Part shown: piece after piece, positions 23,411 to 36,525 of the stretch
How positions within the stretch are numbered: the stretch's first letter is position 1
Layout: every line of letters begins with the position of its first letter
From: Callorhinchus milii
Taxonomy: Eukaryota
Direction: 5' to 3'
Assembly: GCF_018977255.1 (NCBI RefSeq)
Contig: NW_024704745.1
Location: 51,398,001 to 51,462,000 of the forward strand
Length of the DNA: 64,000 nucleotides
Notes under the pieces: model-generated
What the model saw: the letters and a program-made list of their open reading frames with translations, nothing else
Told to the model about the DNA's origin: nothing
Database searches by the model: none
Position numbers and translations under genes: made by a program

Positions 23411-26400
23411 GACACTTTCATGCTCACCAAATTACGAGTTGCTACTAGCCATAGCCTAGTAAGCATCCTGGATTCTGTGTAATTGCACATTTGCATCTTG
23501 AATCAGAACTGCACTTTTCACATACAGAAGAATTCCATTTCACTGGGTAAGATTACAGTTTTTAAATAATAATTTCTAGCAAAAAGTACCGTACCATATT
23601 CCATATGAAATGATTAACAAACGCATGGAAATCTGTTCAGTGAGTCAGTCTGTGGCTCGCTTTATTGAGCAATGGTAGGAGGACATCTAATTTTTAGTTC
23701 AATAACTGCTCGACAGGACATCATCATGGAGAATTGCAGTGCTGCGTATTTTTCCTTTTTTGAAAAAAAACACACACGGGTGGGGGGCACAATGAATCGG
23801 GAGAGGAAACTGGGAAATATGTTTATGCTTTGTAACAAGGACAACACTAGTTTGTAAGAAAAAATGAGCGCTAATAGAGAATTACCCCAGTTTTCGGGCT
23901 GTGAGTGTGCCTGTACAGTAAAATAATTTGTGCTCATCTCTTTTATCCATAAACCAACCCAAAACATTGTCCTGTGGACTGGAATATTTCTGCAATCTCA
24001 CATCCGTTTAAACCCTGGCTGCCAAGTGTGGGGAAAGGCATGGAATAAAGTCCTGCTGCTAATGTGCTGCTCTTTATAACACCTATTTTACATTTCAGTT
24101 TCACCCATAGAAGCAAAGTCAATGGTGTTTCAGACTGAGCTCACAGTCCCGGCATCGCGACTGTTCAGAAACATCCCCATCCCCTTTCATAAGCCGAACT
24201 CGGGAGAGGGGGAGGCAGAGGCCATCCAGGAAGCTGGAAAAGGCAAACATCTCCACGTCACATGACAGACAATAAAATCAGTTCGCATAAGAATATTGAC
24301 CCTTCCGATGATCCTGTGGGTGAGTGAGCGGTGCGGGTGGAGGAGGCGTCGGTGTGACCATTAATACGGCACCACACGGCTGTCCACGCGTGCGGTTTAG
24401 ACGGTATTTCGAAAACTCCCATGTGATGCGGATGGAGCAGATTTGTAAGAGCACAATGAGTAATGGCGTGTCAGCAGGTAGAGGGGATGCTTACCCAGTC
24501 ACGGCTAATGGTCGCCTGGGGCACAGAGCGCTGCAAAGCCTCCCGCGCACCCGAGCTGCACTGCACACAGCAGAATGGCCGAGTACCTACAACGAACGCA
24601 GCGTTTAAACTTCCTGGGAGCAGCAAGGACAAGATCGCCATAGAGACGGTTCCTATCAGGCTACACCAGTCCCAATATTCATCATTGCGATGTAATTTGT
24701 CAATCGCAGCTCCGGTGGGCTTAACACGATACAAGAGAAGGCTGATTTCCCCCCCCCCCCCCCCAAACAATTACAGCGTGCACCATGTGCAAGACAGCGA
24801 AATGTGCAAAGAAACGCAGCCAAGTAAGGATTAATCATTGAAACGATAAAGCGGCGAAGAATCTAGCTGTACGTGAACTTTTTAAACAAAGAACTATGCA
24901 ACAAGAAACTCAGCTTAAAATAGATTTTGTCTCTCAAAGACTACGAGCAAACTGCAGTACAAGAGCTGTAAATCTCACTAAACTGTCATATCTATTGTTC
25001 TCCCGCACACACCACTCAAATCAATAATGGTAGTGGGAAGGTCTTTCCTTCCATATTACCTTGTTTCAAGTTGGGTAAGTTCCCAACACATCTCGTTCAT
25101 TTCACCATTGATTTATTTGAGGATTGTATGCACAGAAGCCTTCTACTGATGGACAACATTGCACACTCAATTTAATAAACTGAAGATGGGGGTTAACGAG
25201 GGCCAGTGCTACACACAGGCACGTCCACTGTTAATTTAATGTAGGATATGACTGTACAAGACTGAGGTCGGTTTCTCAGACAAATCACATCGCACCCAAT
25301 CGCTATTACGTTTAAGGAATCCTTTCTGGCTATACACATAGTCACGACCGATTCAAATCATACGTTTCATGTTGTAAACGCTCTTCAGCCAGCTTCTATA
25401 AGCTGATTATTATTTTAATATTAAGGTAAGTTTATCATCCCGGGAAGATTATGTACAGATTTGCTTAAAAAATCTAAATGCATGAAACTGTAAATAAGTT
25501 CCTAACAATTTACAACCCGTTCTAATTGAGTTCACATCTCATCCTCAACAAAAGGCTAATATTACTTAGGAGGTGTGAATAATTAAACCTGATGTACTGT
25601 TTTATGTAAATCTAGGTGTTAGAGGAAAGAGTTTATTGAAAGATCCAGTGTAAAGACACTGGAAAACAAACAGCGTGTCAGCACGTTTCCTTCTGAAATG
25701 AATTCAGGGTTTTCAGAGAAGTAATTTGTCATGGTTCCGAAAAAAATATGGCGTCTGATAATGCCAGTAAAATTCATGAAATATTAATATAAAATAAATA
25801 TTTCCAAAATAAGACTGGCAGGTTACATCTGATCGATCAATTGGCAGATCATATCGATAAATTGATTAATTTTTTTTAAAGTCATTGACCGAGAACGTCT
25901 TTTAAGAAAGGGCAGTAAGGTTTTAATTGAGTCAAAATAGGCCAAAGAGTAGTTCTGAACATTGCTGGCAAAACGCAGAGCCTCCTCAATAAACGCATTA
26001 TACAACACTGGCAACTTCCTGATACGCTGACATAAGGGGGCAAACAGGTCGCCCTGACGCATGTCAACTTACAATGCAGCTACAGAGACAATTTCTTTGG
26101 CTGCTCTGGGCGCAGACATCCAGTACGTAATTGCAATTGGAAAGGGGGTTGGGGGGGAGTTGAGAGAGAAGAATGTCTTTCTTCAAACCTGTACCCACAA
26201 GCTACACGGTCTAAACCCTGAAACCAGCATCTGGCTTACATACCGCAACTAGTCATCAAGTTAAAATGTGTGTGTGTGTGGGGGGGAGGGGGGGGGGGTG
26301 TTCTTCCCCCAAACAGGGTACAGATAAAATATACAAGTTTGATTTACTTCAGAAGCCGTTTATGTTAATTCTGAAAACTTCAGCCGTGGTCTGTTAACTG

Positions 26401-27959
26401 GTAGTTATGCGTGTTTCTCAATTGGAACTGCGCTCTCTGAGCGCCAATGAGAAGTGACACCGTGTTACCAGACCCTCCAGCTTATCTGCACTATCTGTCT
26501 CGCTTTCTCAGCGCCTTCTGGTTGGGTTGGGGGCTGCTACAGCAGAGGAACATGTTTTTAGCCGCTAACCCATCTTCCCGCGACGTCAGTATCAAGACAC
26601 TTTACAGCGGATGTTATTTATCCACGTTACTATCTCTACACAGATCTCCACTGTATTTGCTGCCGCGAATGATAACTACCAGAAGGCACACGCGAGCCCG
26701 ACTTGTAGCAGATTTAAAAAGAGGCAACGACCCACTTTTTGTGGAATCAAAGCTGCAGCACTTGTTTCTGGGTCATTTGTCGGTCTGTATTGGAAACATG
26801 GTTATTAACCGTCATCATTGCATCTCACTTATTTACATACCTTGTGGTCATTTATTTTGCGCAGAGCACAAGTCCACGGATATACAAGCGAAATACACGC
26901 TATATGAAGCACCCGGACGTTCCCCAAAGCTTTACTGCACGTTTAACGTCACGTCCAATATAGTTCAGGCCTCTTACAAACATCTTAGAAGGGATCCAAT
27001 GCCCTTTCTATCAACACCGTGTTATTTCTTTCATTCTTGATCAATTGTAACCCAATGTTTTGCGAATATTTCAATGATACTGTATTCTGTAGTGAATCTG
27101 CAAAAAAAAACCTACCGAAGATGACAATCGCAAGACGATGTTTCTATTTTAATAAACTCACCCAAGCCATGCACACTTGACTGTTTACTAAAGGTACTTT
27201 ACCCCGCCCCCCACACACTCTCTCTCTGTGCTTTTATTTGCAATTCGGATTCACCCATTTCAGTAATTAGAAACACAATTTAAGAGATGCACGTGGTGCC
27301 AAAATCTGCTATGGTCTATGTTGCAGTCCAGGCGCACTGGAAACTTGTTTCTTCAGTTGGGGTCAACAATGCCAGAGCAGGAGGTAGGTCAGATACTGAA
27401 CACATTATGATGTCTGTAGCTCAGTTGCTGTCAAAGACAGAAATATATCATGATAACAAACTGCACCATGGCAACTAGATTTGGGCAAGATAAGAGTACA
27501 GTCGTTTCAGACCTCAATCTGCATTACGCGGGGTTATCTTTAAGACCTTACTCGCTTTTAGGCTGCAAATGGCCAGCCCTATCACGTGAATGGGTCACTC
27601 AGTACCATTCGAGAAAACGTTCACAAGCTGCTGTTTGAAACAAGATTGGCCACTGTAAGGTAGATTCCAACGTGAAATAGAAACAGCGAGCATATGGAGA
27701 AAACTCAAACTAAATTAAGGAAATATCTAGGGTGAAGCTAAATTGAAATCAAAAAGGAAAATCGTCAAAGAAAACTTTGGAAAAAAGCTGAATGCTGCAA
27801 ATAATGTAATGGGGATGGGCGTTTTCTGGAAATCTGACACCTGAAGTTCCACCTAGTCTTACCCTTGTTGTCTTAAAATTTAAAGATGGTGAAGAATTGT
27901 GGAACATTAAATTCAAGACTTAATTTTTGAATGTCTTTCTTTGCAGTTCTTAAAAATTA

Positions 27960-28200
27960 ATACAATACAATTTACATCTATATAGTGCCCTGTACACTGG
28001 GAGGATATCCAGAGGCATGTGACAGTCCAAGTTTGGCACCCCAACTGAGGGTATGAGCCAAGTGGGTGGTGAGGGGAAAGATAATCGAAGGTGCAGGCAA
28101 AGAGGAAGGTCTTGAAAGAGCTGAGTGAACCGGAGGGCTTCCTGAGATGGAGTTCCAGATAGAGGGGGAGGATAGGCTGAAAGCCCAATCAATGATGGTG
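27960..28200 (-). mobile_element. L2 3' end fragment
   Basis: Tail ATTTACATCTATATAGTGCC and GAGTTCCAGA...GGCTGAAAGC, similar to the L2 at 18648. Confidence 0.65.
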
Positions 28201-28547
28201 ATTCAATTAAGATTGAGTTCAAGACTTTTTCACAATTCAAATCTTAGGAGGGAGAGCTACAATTCAGAAGAGGGTCAGGAAAGACAGGTCAGCAAAACAG
28301 CCACAGTCATGTCATGGCCACCAAAAGATTTAGAAAATGCATCTTACGTGCTTTCATGGTCCTTAATTAAATATTATCAAAAGTAAGATTCCTAAAACCA
28401 ATTGCATTAACAAACTGCCAATCAAAAGATTTTTTTTAAATACTTTTTCTTATGTACAGTACCTTTTCACTGTGAAAGATACCCTACGAGTGCAAGTTGT
28501 ATCATTGTTGCAAATAAATTCCTCTGTGACAGCCTCAGATCACAGTA

Positions 28548-28724
28548 AAAGGCCATTTGTTCACTCAATCCACGACTGTTTATGGGACATTGCTTGCACA
28601 ATTGGCTGCCATGTTTCGCCCACAAAATATACAGTCAGTACACTCGACAGTATATTCTGTGAAGCGCTTTGAGATGTCTCAAAGGCACGATAAGCTGCTG
28701 CATCAAATGAAAGGATCATTATTA
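28548..28724 (+). mobile_element. SINE family A, 3' half
   Basis: TCAATCCACGACTGTTTATGGGACATTGC...TATTCTGTGAAGCGCTTTGAGA...ATCAAATGAAAGGATCATTATTAT matches the copy at 32489. Confidence 0.85.
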
Positions 28725-28809
28725 TAGGCACTTAACCTGCTTTCATATAGCTAGATATTATTTCCAATATTATATGTTTTTAAAAGAAATCTTTTAAAAT
28801 TTCAGGGTT

Positions 28810-29240
28810 CAGTCTGCCTCAGTTGGCAGGTTCTCACCTCTGAATCGGAAGGTTGTGATTTCACATGGGGGCTTTCAACTCACATAGTCTAGGCTGGTAA
28901 TGCAATGCTGAGGGAGTGTTGCATTGTACGAGGTGCCGTCCCTTCAGATGAAACCTTAAACTGAGGACCCAGATGCCTATTAAGTTAGACATTGAAGATC
29001 CCATGGCACCATTCAAAAAGAGACGGCAGTTTCTCCTGGTATTCTGGCCACCAATCCATTATATAAAATTCGGCATTCACTTCATGGCTGTTTGTGGAAC
29101 ATTACTGTGAGGAAATGGCTCCTGCATTTTCCTACAAATACACAATCACAACACTTTATAGTAATTCTTGCAAAGCACTTTGAGATGTTTCAAGGATGTG
29201 ATAAGGCACAATAGCGTATACAGGGATTATTTTATTATAT
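28810..29240 (+). mobile_element. Deu-domain SINE, full length
   Basis: Head CCTCAGTTGGCAGGTTCTCACCTCTGAATCGGAAGGTTGTG, core GAGGTGCCGTCCCTTCAGATGAAACCTTAAACTGAGG...AAGATCCCATGGCACCATTC, family-A-type tail. Confidence 0.85.
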
Positions 29241-29369
29241 TGTTTCAGGTTTACAATCTGTAGCACTTAATAAATGTGAGCACACGTAATTTGTCCACTC
29301 AAATTATTTCTTAATTAGTTATGTGCCTATATTTTACTGCATTAAATAAATTCTATATGTTGTACCTCA

Positions 29370-29730
29370 ATGCCTCAGTTAGCAATTGAGTTCCACAGAC
29401 TGATGAAGGCCTCAGATTTGATCCTTGATCTATAATAGGGCGACAACCAGAAGCTTAGGTACAATTAGTCACAGCATTCCTGTCTTTTGGAAGGGGGTGG
29501 GGGGTTAAATCTGCCAGGGTTTCTATTCCTGATCATTATTCTGTGACCCCCCTTGACAGTTCAACAACATCAACAGTCTAGCTGTCTGGTAAGGACAGGA
29601 TTGATCTTGGCTGTGACCCTTCCCCTCCCCCAACTAGTTGCATAATCTGACAGTCCTCACTGTCAAGACCTATGTGAATCATGCCCACTTGGACAAGACA
29701 TTGGAGGACATATGCCACACATGGATGAAA
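29370..29730 (+). mobile_element. Family C SINE-like element
   Basis: AATCTGCCAGGGTTTCTATTCCTGATCATTATTCTGTGACCCC...GGTAAGGACAGGATTGATCTTGGCTGTGA...CTCACTGTCAAG. Confidence 0.7.
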
Positions 29731-29899
29731 CCATTCACCAATAGAACAAAAAATAAATCAAACAATGTCAGAAAAAGGGTGAAGAAAATATCAGTGAGGA
29801 GAGAAAAAAGTGATTTGTAAAATCCCTTTCGTAGCCAAAGTATTATACCACAGTATTATATTAAAACTTTTGAAACAAGCTGAATGCAATGCATCCTAG

Positions 29900-30205
29900 G
29901 CTGCTGGAATGGTATTTCCTTCCTCCACTCCACCAAGCACCTCACTCTGCTGGCTCCTGCCTTCTACACATACTCTTCACTCCACCATCAGCAGTCATGC
30001 TTTCAGTTACTATGTCCCGAAACTCTGTAACTGTCTGCCTCAATCCCTCCACTTTATCCCCTCCTTGCCCATCTTTCGATCACTTCTGAAGTCCTTCCAC
30101 TTTGATAGTACTTACATAGAAGCAGAAGGACTTCAGCTCCACCACTCCCAAGTGCTCCGGGATGCTACCCACATGAAGGTCATTTTATAAATACAAGCTG
30201 TTGTT
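29900..30205 (+). mobile_element. L2 3' end fragment
   Basis: CCACCATCAGCAGTCATGCTTTCAG...AAACTCTGTAAC; tail AAGTGCTCCGGGATGCTACCCACATGAAGG...ATAAATACAAGCTGTTG. Confidence 0.75.
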
Positions 30206-30829
30206 TCTATATTGAGGTCATGGTTTGGATTCTCTGCACATTACTTGGCGGTTATTTCTGCAGCCCCAAATCCTTGGGAAATTGAAAATTCCTGCACAAC
30301 AAAGTCTCAATTGAGCCAGGAGTTTGATGCCCAATGTATATAAAGAGATGGAAAACAATATTCTTTGCTGCTTAGACTGCATGGACCTCTTCCACACTCT
30401 TACATGGCACCTTGTGATGAGGTAGGTAGATGTTGGTGGCTGAATAAATCCCTAGCTGGCTTATGTCCACTTTGTTCTTTTGAAAAAAATTGACTTTTGC
30501 TGTCCAGTTTAAAGTTCAGCTTACGATACTATACTGTCTGTTCAAAAACACAGACGGTCATCTTAGTCAGCATGAAATGGGAGGGTGGAGGGGGAAGAAG
30601 GTTGTTGTTTAAGAGCTGGAATGTCAATTGAGAGAGTTCTCACCCACTTTAAGTGCTGTAAGACAAATGTAAGGCTTTGTTGAGCTGTGGATACAAAAAC
30701 AATTGTTTGTGGATGTTAATTTCATTGTGTTACTTTCCCCCCCCCCCACCCCCCTGTCTCTTTCCAAAAGCTCTATATCATAATCAGTTGTTTCCACCTT
30801 ACTATCTGACTGGGCCAATTTTCCTACTC

Positions 30830-31050
30830 CTCCTCCTTTCATGAAGGAGTTCCTCTGCTGGCATGCAGTTCCATGAGCTACAGTGGCTCAAATTGCCAAT
30901 TTTCATTTATGACACCAGACCTTGAGCATCAGCAAACTATTTGACTGCACATATCACAGCTGAAAATTATACTGTCCTCACCCAAAAAGCATTTTGCAGC
31001 ATGAGTCACTGGAAAGTGATCAGGTGTGGGAACCTTGGCTGATTTTGCCC
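30830..31050 (-). mobile_element. Family C SINE-like fragment
   Basis: CTGTCCTCACCC...GTCACTGGAAAGTGATCAGGTGTGGGAACCTTGGCTGATTTT. Confidence 0.7.
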
Positions 31051-31319
31051 AATCATTAGTAACAAAATGCTGTGTCCAATTATAGATCCCCCCCACCCCA
31101 ATACTATCACATTGAATTAGATTATTTAAACAAAAATCTGTAATGGTCTGCATGGCTTAACAGTGCACAGTTTGGGGGTGTAGAGCGGGAAAGTATTTAC
31201 CCACCAAAATTTGAAGGGTTAATTTTACAATTTTTCTTCAATTACTTATATCTTACTTATTATTCCTATACTATTTTACTTTTTTGTTCTTGATTTTCTT
31301 TCCAGCTGTTTGCTTTGGA

Positions 31320-31575
31320 TTGTCGGCTAGGACACTGGCAGCAACTCCCTTCTCTTTTCAAATAGTGTCATGGGATTTCTAATGTAATAATAATACTTGC
31401 ACTTGATATGGTGCCTCATGTCTTTGAGAATATACTGTAAAGTGAATTGACTGTATATTTTGTGGCCGAAATATTCATCTAAACAGGCAGACAGAACCTC
31501 ATCTTAACATCCAAAAGACAAGTGATGTTGAGCACTCCTCCAGCACTGCAACTGCAGTGTTACCCTAGACAATCA
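31320..31575 (-). mobile_element. Deu-SINE fragment with a nested family A tail (31385-31471)
   Basis: The Deu core is split between TCAAATAGTGTCATGGGATTTCT and CATCTAAACAGGCAGACAG by an inserted tail. Confidence 0.75.
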
Positions 31576-32488
31576 TCTTAAAGTCACCATCAACAGCTGA
31601 ACAATATCTATTTATTCATTTACTTAATTATATTCTGGGCTGTACTGCTGCAAGCCTATCTTTTGAAAGTGGTCTAATTTGTATGCATCCTAGTTCATTT
31701 TGGGATGGTATTTGATGCTGTACTATAGTCTGAGATTCATACAATTAATGATCAACATCATGCCAGGTATAAGTATAATGAAGATAGCGTAATGAAGATA
31801 GTATAATGAAGATAATAAAGTAGGTCTTTCTATTTAATACTTACAGCTGAAGTGTGCATTGGAATAATTTTTCCTTTTTTATATCATAAATGAAAATATT
31901 TTTAACACACTCACAGCAGGTAATATCACACATTTAATGTTGTGCATACCCACAAGCAGTTCTCTTCTAGTAAGTCAGTGGTAGTATTTGGAGAAGACAG
32001 TATAACTAGCTTGACCTCAGAAAATTCACTTACCAGTACTGGTCTAGTGGTGTAAGAATAATTATGATATTAGAACACACATGCAGGGCAGGTATAATAC
32101 AAGTCGACCTCTATAAGACAGTTGGATTTCAGTAGATCTAGATACACAAGGCCAGTTATACTGAACTCCGCCTCAGTAAATCTGATAATTTGACAGTATT
32201 GAGGACTACGCTCGTTCTGGAATATAACGGGGTCGTTTGTAAAGGAAAGCCCCAAATTGGATCTTGTTTATGCTGAGATAAATTTGGAGTCCAAAAAATT
32301 TACTTGAATGTGCTTTATTTTGGAACCCATATTTTAGCTGATTTCTTGTCTGGTCTGACCTCTGCAACAATACAATGTAGCATTAAATAACAGCAAAAAG
32401 TACAAGAAAAGTGAAGTTACAAATTGTTATTTTTCAATTTTTTTTTAAGTATTCAGAAACTTGAATGCACTTTTATTGTCCACACAGT

Positions 32489-32817
32489 GGAGTCCTGTAG
32501 CTCAGTGGTTAGAGCACTCGCTTTGCAAGTGAGAGACCTGAGTTCAATCCCAGGCAGGGCGAAACCTTGGGCAAGTTTCCTTACTCCACACGCCTAATAA
32601 TAATCCCTCCAAAAAAACCAAAAACAATAATTAAATTGGTCATTTTCAATCTACGACTGTTTGTGGGACATTGCTGTGCGCAATTGGCTGCCGCGTTCGC
32701 CCACAAATATACAGTCAATTCACTTTACAGTGTGTTCTGTGAAGCGCTTTGGGACGTCCTCCTGACGTGAAAAGCGCTATATCAAATGCAAGGATTATTA
32801 TTATTATTATTATTATT
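32489..32817 (+). mobile_element. SINE family A, full-length young copy (tRNA-derived head, L2-type tail, (TTA)n end)
   Basis: Pol III A box TAGCTCAGTGG, B box GAGTTCAATCC, anticodon-arm-like CTCGC-TTTGCAA-GTGAG; tail GTGAAAAGCGCTATATCAAATGCAAGGA(TTA)n; closely similar copies at 62828 and 63789. Confidence 0.95.
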
Positions 32818-33905
32818 TTAGGGTTATAAAATATTTCATTGTCTGCTACAGCTAAATGGAATGTCTTATGTATAATCCTGTTAAACTTTAATCAATTTAA
32901 AATTGAAAAAATTAACGTACTGAAATAAACAGAGCTTTAATCATAACTGTATTTTGCACTGTAGTATCCTACATAAACAGGCATTCACCAGATGTGGCGA
33001 CTGTGGGTTGTAATAGAATCTGGTGTGTTGTCCACACTGCTCAAATCTTTCTGCTATTTTAACCAAAACTCAGTCCTACATGTGTTTTTAGGGATGGTTT
33101 TGATGCTTGTCCCTCCCTTCCAACCAAATTAAATGAGTTGGGAGAAATTGAGTAGAAAATAAAAAGTGCATGCATTGAGTCCATTTGGTATATAATTTTA
33201 CCCTTACAACCAGCAAAGCTAGTTTGAATTTCAGCTTCTTCGACTGTCATTTAAATCCAACAATTCTTATTGGGTAACTTTTCACAATTATCAATCAGAT
33301 TAAATGCTCCATGGTATTGATTATTCTAACTGTAGATAAGAGGGGGAAAAGCCTATCAGGACCAGTGCAAGTAACATGAATGCATCTCATTACATCTCAT
33401 TATTAAGAAACAGATGTGCAGCAATAATGGTGAATTTAATGGGTGGGGGTGAAATGAGGGAAGCATAAATAGAAAAACAATTGCTTTTACATTTCCTCAA
33501 ACTGAGAATGGTGCACACCTACCAAAATGGGCAGCAAGTGTAACACTTTTGACAATAATCATAATATGTGATCTTTCATGTTTTATATTAAATCCTCCTT
33601 TCATACCAACTACATGTATATACATCTGTCTGTATATGTCAGACATATTGAACTGCACAACAATATCAACATTCAACCAATGCATATGAATTTCCAATGC
33701 ATATCAAAATGGATTTTCAGCAAACTTCAGATTAGTCTGTTTTATTCTATCCACATGGAACATTGCTCCAAAGATGGCATTGTAAAAAGCACCAAAGATT
33801 GAATCCGATTTACGAGACAGCACTTTACTTCAGAACCAAAAGATTTTCAATAATGCCAATTACAGAACAGTAGGTGGTCCTTTTTTAGTGTTTCTAATTT
33901 GTGTT

Positions 33906-34017
33906 TATAATAATCCTTGCATTTCATACAGTGCCTTATCAAACTTTGAGACGTCTCAAAGTGCTTCACAGAATATACTATAAAGTGAATTGACTGTATA
34001 TTTTTGTGGGTGAAACA
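33906..34017 (-). mobile_element. SINE family A 3' tail fragment
   Basis: ATAATAATCCTTGCATTT...CACAGAATATACTATAAAGTGAATTGACTGTATATTTTTGTGGGTGAAAC. Confidence 0.88.
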
Positions 34018-34689
34018 TTTTATAATGTCTGTGTTGTTTCAGAGACATATTCTCATTGTTAATTATTATTATTAATATAACTGACATCTTAACTCCAACT
34101 CCAAGATCACAATCCACTTGCAGCCTGCTTAATGAGACCTTTTCAGCACATTGGGATGTCCTCCTGACGTGAAAGGAGCTATATAAATGCAATTTGCTGT
34201 TGTTGTTGAGACAAGCTAAAATGATCACATATAAATTCCTTAGTAACTCAGTCCAAAAATAATTGGTACCAATTGCCCGACACAAACTTTCCAGAAAAAA
34301 ACACCAGGTAAAAACTTTCATCTCCTTTACCTTGAACAACTATTATTTTGCATTCTGACTTGTTCAATTTGTTTACTGATAGGTTAAAAATAACCAGACA
34401 GATGGCACAGCATACTTAACACATAACACCACTACCCAATGGAGTGATAAGACATGGATGTGAAACCATTAGCCACAGAAGCTGAATTCCTGACCTTTGC
34501 AAATGGAAGCCAAACACTTTTCTATTTTGAACAAAGAAAAGTTAAAATTTTTAAAAATGGAGAGCAAATCTTGCATGGCCTTTCTTAGTTCTTCCCCCAA
34601 AAAGCAATTCTTACTCAAATTTGCTCCTGCTCTCGTTTTTCCTTCTAGTGGGGGATAATAACAAATGTGCTGGTCTCTCTCAGTTATCA

Positions 34690-34985
34690 GGCCCAAGCAT
34701 CTATTATTTATATGTGAGTTGTGACCATGAGTGTTGACAGGCTATTCAATCGTAGCTAAGACTGATCCTGTCATAAACCCCCTCCACAAACATACACCTT
34801 CCAGCAATATAGAACTGAAACCCTGGTTGATTTTTCCCTCCCTAAACCAGGGGAGAATAGATCAATTAAAGTGTCCCTGGCTAAGATGAGTTAGCAGCAC
34901 AAACTGGAATTCAAACTTATGTACCTCTGGGTTGTGTAACTTTATACTGTACTGAATGGTGCCTTTGCTTGTGAGGTCATCAAGG
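34690..34985 (-). mobile_element. Family C SINE-like element
   Basis: TGAGTGTTGACAGGCTATTCAA...TGATCCTGTC...AAACCCTGGTTGATTTTTCCCTCCCTAAACCAGGG. Confidence 0.7.
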
Positions 34986-35524
34986 AAGTTTATATTTTAA
35001 TTGTCAGATCAGGAATGGCATTAATAAAGAGTAATATCAGGTCTACAATCCATCTAATCTACCGAGGAATATGGGACAGCAAGGACGATATTAAAGAATA
35101 AAGGATTTTTTAAAAATGGGTCAATTTGTTTAAAAGTAGATAATGGGTAGGCAGACAATAGAAGGCTGAGCATAAGACTTTGATTCACAGATCGCAAATT
35201 GAAATACCAGTATCAAATGATAATCAAATATAGCTAGGCTATGCTCCTAGATGACTGGAAAATCCCACCTCTGGGGTAGGGGGAAAAAATGTCAACAAGA
35301 CAGATCACATTCTTCAAATGCTCGTTGATACGAAGTTGCACAGGGTTGAGGGCATGCAGCTGAATGTTCAGAGACTTGAAATGGATATGTACAGTGGGAA
35401 ACATCGGGAAGAAGTGCAAACAGAAATCTGGTTTAGGCTATGAATAGTAACACATATTAAAAATACATTTAATGTTAATGATCCTCTGCACCCTAATATT
35501 TGAGTAGATAATGGTGATGTTGGC

Positions 35525-35830
35525 ATTGAACCACACAAAGCAGGGAGTCCTCAATTTTATCCATTTTTCATGCTGCATTAGCTGAACTTCCTAATCTCAA
35601 TCAGAGCAATATTGGGGCAAGTAAAATTGCTGTTATCATTGAGTTTGTGAGGCTAAATTTCACCAGTGTTTCCATTCCTGGTCACAATTCAATAATCTCA
35701 GATGAAAGTGTCCTGAGTATGGCCATGTATTGATGACAGTATTAGGTATAGCTGTGATGGAACCTATTTTATTAGCCCGTTAGCACTCGCTCCCCAAGAT
35801 CACATATAAAGAATTTAGGTGAGATTTTAG
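35525..35830 (+). mobile_element. Family C SINE-like element, highly diverged
   Basis: TTTCACCAGTGTTTCCATTCCTGGTCAC...GATGACAGTATTAGGTATAGCTGTGATG...AGCACTCGCT. Confidence 0.5.
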
Positions 35831-36449
35831 TGGACCTCCAATCTCTAAAGCACTATGTGACAAATTTGAGTCACTGGCTGAAGAAGACTTCTAAAATACC
35901 AATGGGCATCATGAATATTGTTCCAGAATTAATTTAAAAAGATACTTTTCTTCATGGAAGCTTTTTTGTTGTTGTTATTTCTGAAAATTAGAAGAACCAC
36001 AAGAACCTGCTCATCATATGCAACTTCACAATTCAAATTATCACACCATGTCTCTGAGACCACAGTGAGACAGATTTGCCAACTCCTTCATTCATATGTA
36101 GGGTGCCACTCTTTACATGCCTGCCAGGAATATTTACCATAAAAAATACATTATGCGTTAATTTCTTATTTTGTTAAATTGAGAAAGATCATTATCTTAC
36201 AAAGATACACTGAGAATGTAACATGGTGGTCTTCCAAGACTGAGCTGAGGCTTATTCGTGGGGTATGGTGGGAAGTTTTGGATATGTTTCATGTGGATCT
36301 TAGGTGCCTACATTGAGAAAATGTTCCATGTCCCAGCACCAACATCCCTCATCTTTAAGACCATAAAGCTCATCTCCCCTCCCACCAAAAAAGGTCAAGG
36401 TAAGGATAGCTGTTTTTGTTTAAGCCACTGAATAACAAAAGCAAGCTGC

Positions 36450-36525
36450 ACTTCACCGAGCGCTCTGGGACGCTACCCTGCGTGAGGGGCGCTATATAAA
36501 TGCAAGTTGTTGTTGTTGTTGTTGT
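36450..36525 (+). mobile_element. Isolated L2/SINE 3' tail with (TTG)n
   Basis: GAGCGCTCTGGGACGCTACCCTGCGTGAGGGGCGCTATATAAATGCAAG(TTG)n; a similar solo tail lies at ~34140-34208. Confidence 0.8.

Noticed and set aside
26447-27040. 197-aa ORF
   Set aside because: No recognisable motif or exon structure; consistent with a chance open frame.
32489-32562. tRNA-like cloverleaf with TGC anticodon (TGT in the copy at 63789)
   Set aside because: It runs straight into a SINE body and tail, and the anticodon differs among copies; it is a SINE head, not a tRNA gene.
34892-34912. TAGCAGCACA, a miR-15/16-like start
   Set aside because: It lies within a family C repeat and shows no hairpin.
36020-36130. 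Peptide ETTVRQICQLLHS, vaguely like a Harbinger transposase N-terminal region
   Set aside because: Too short, with no catalytic motifs or terminal inverted repeats.
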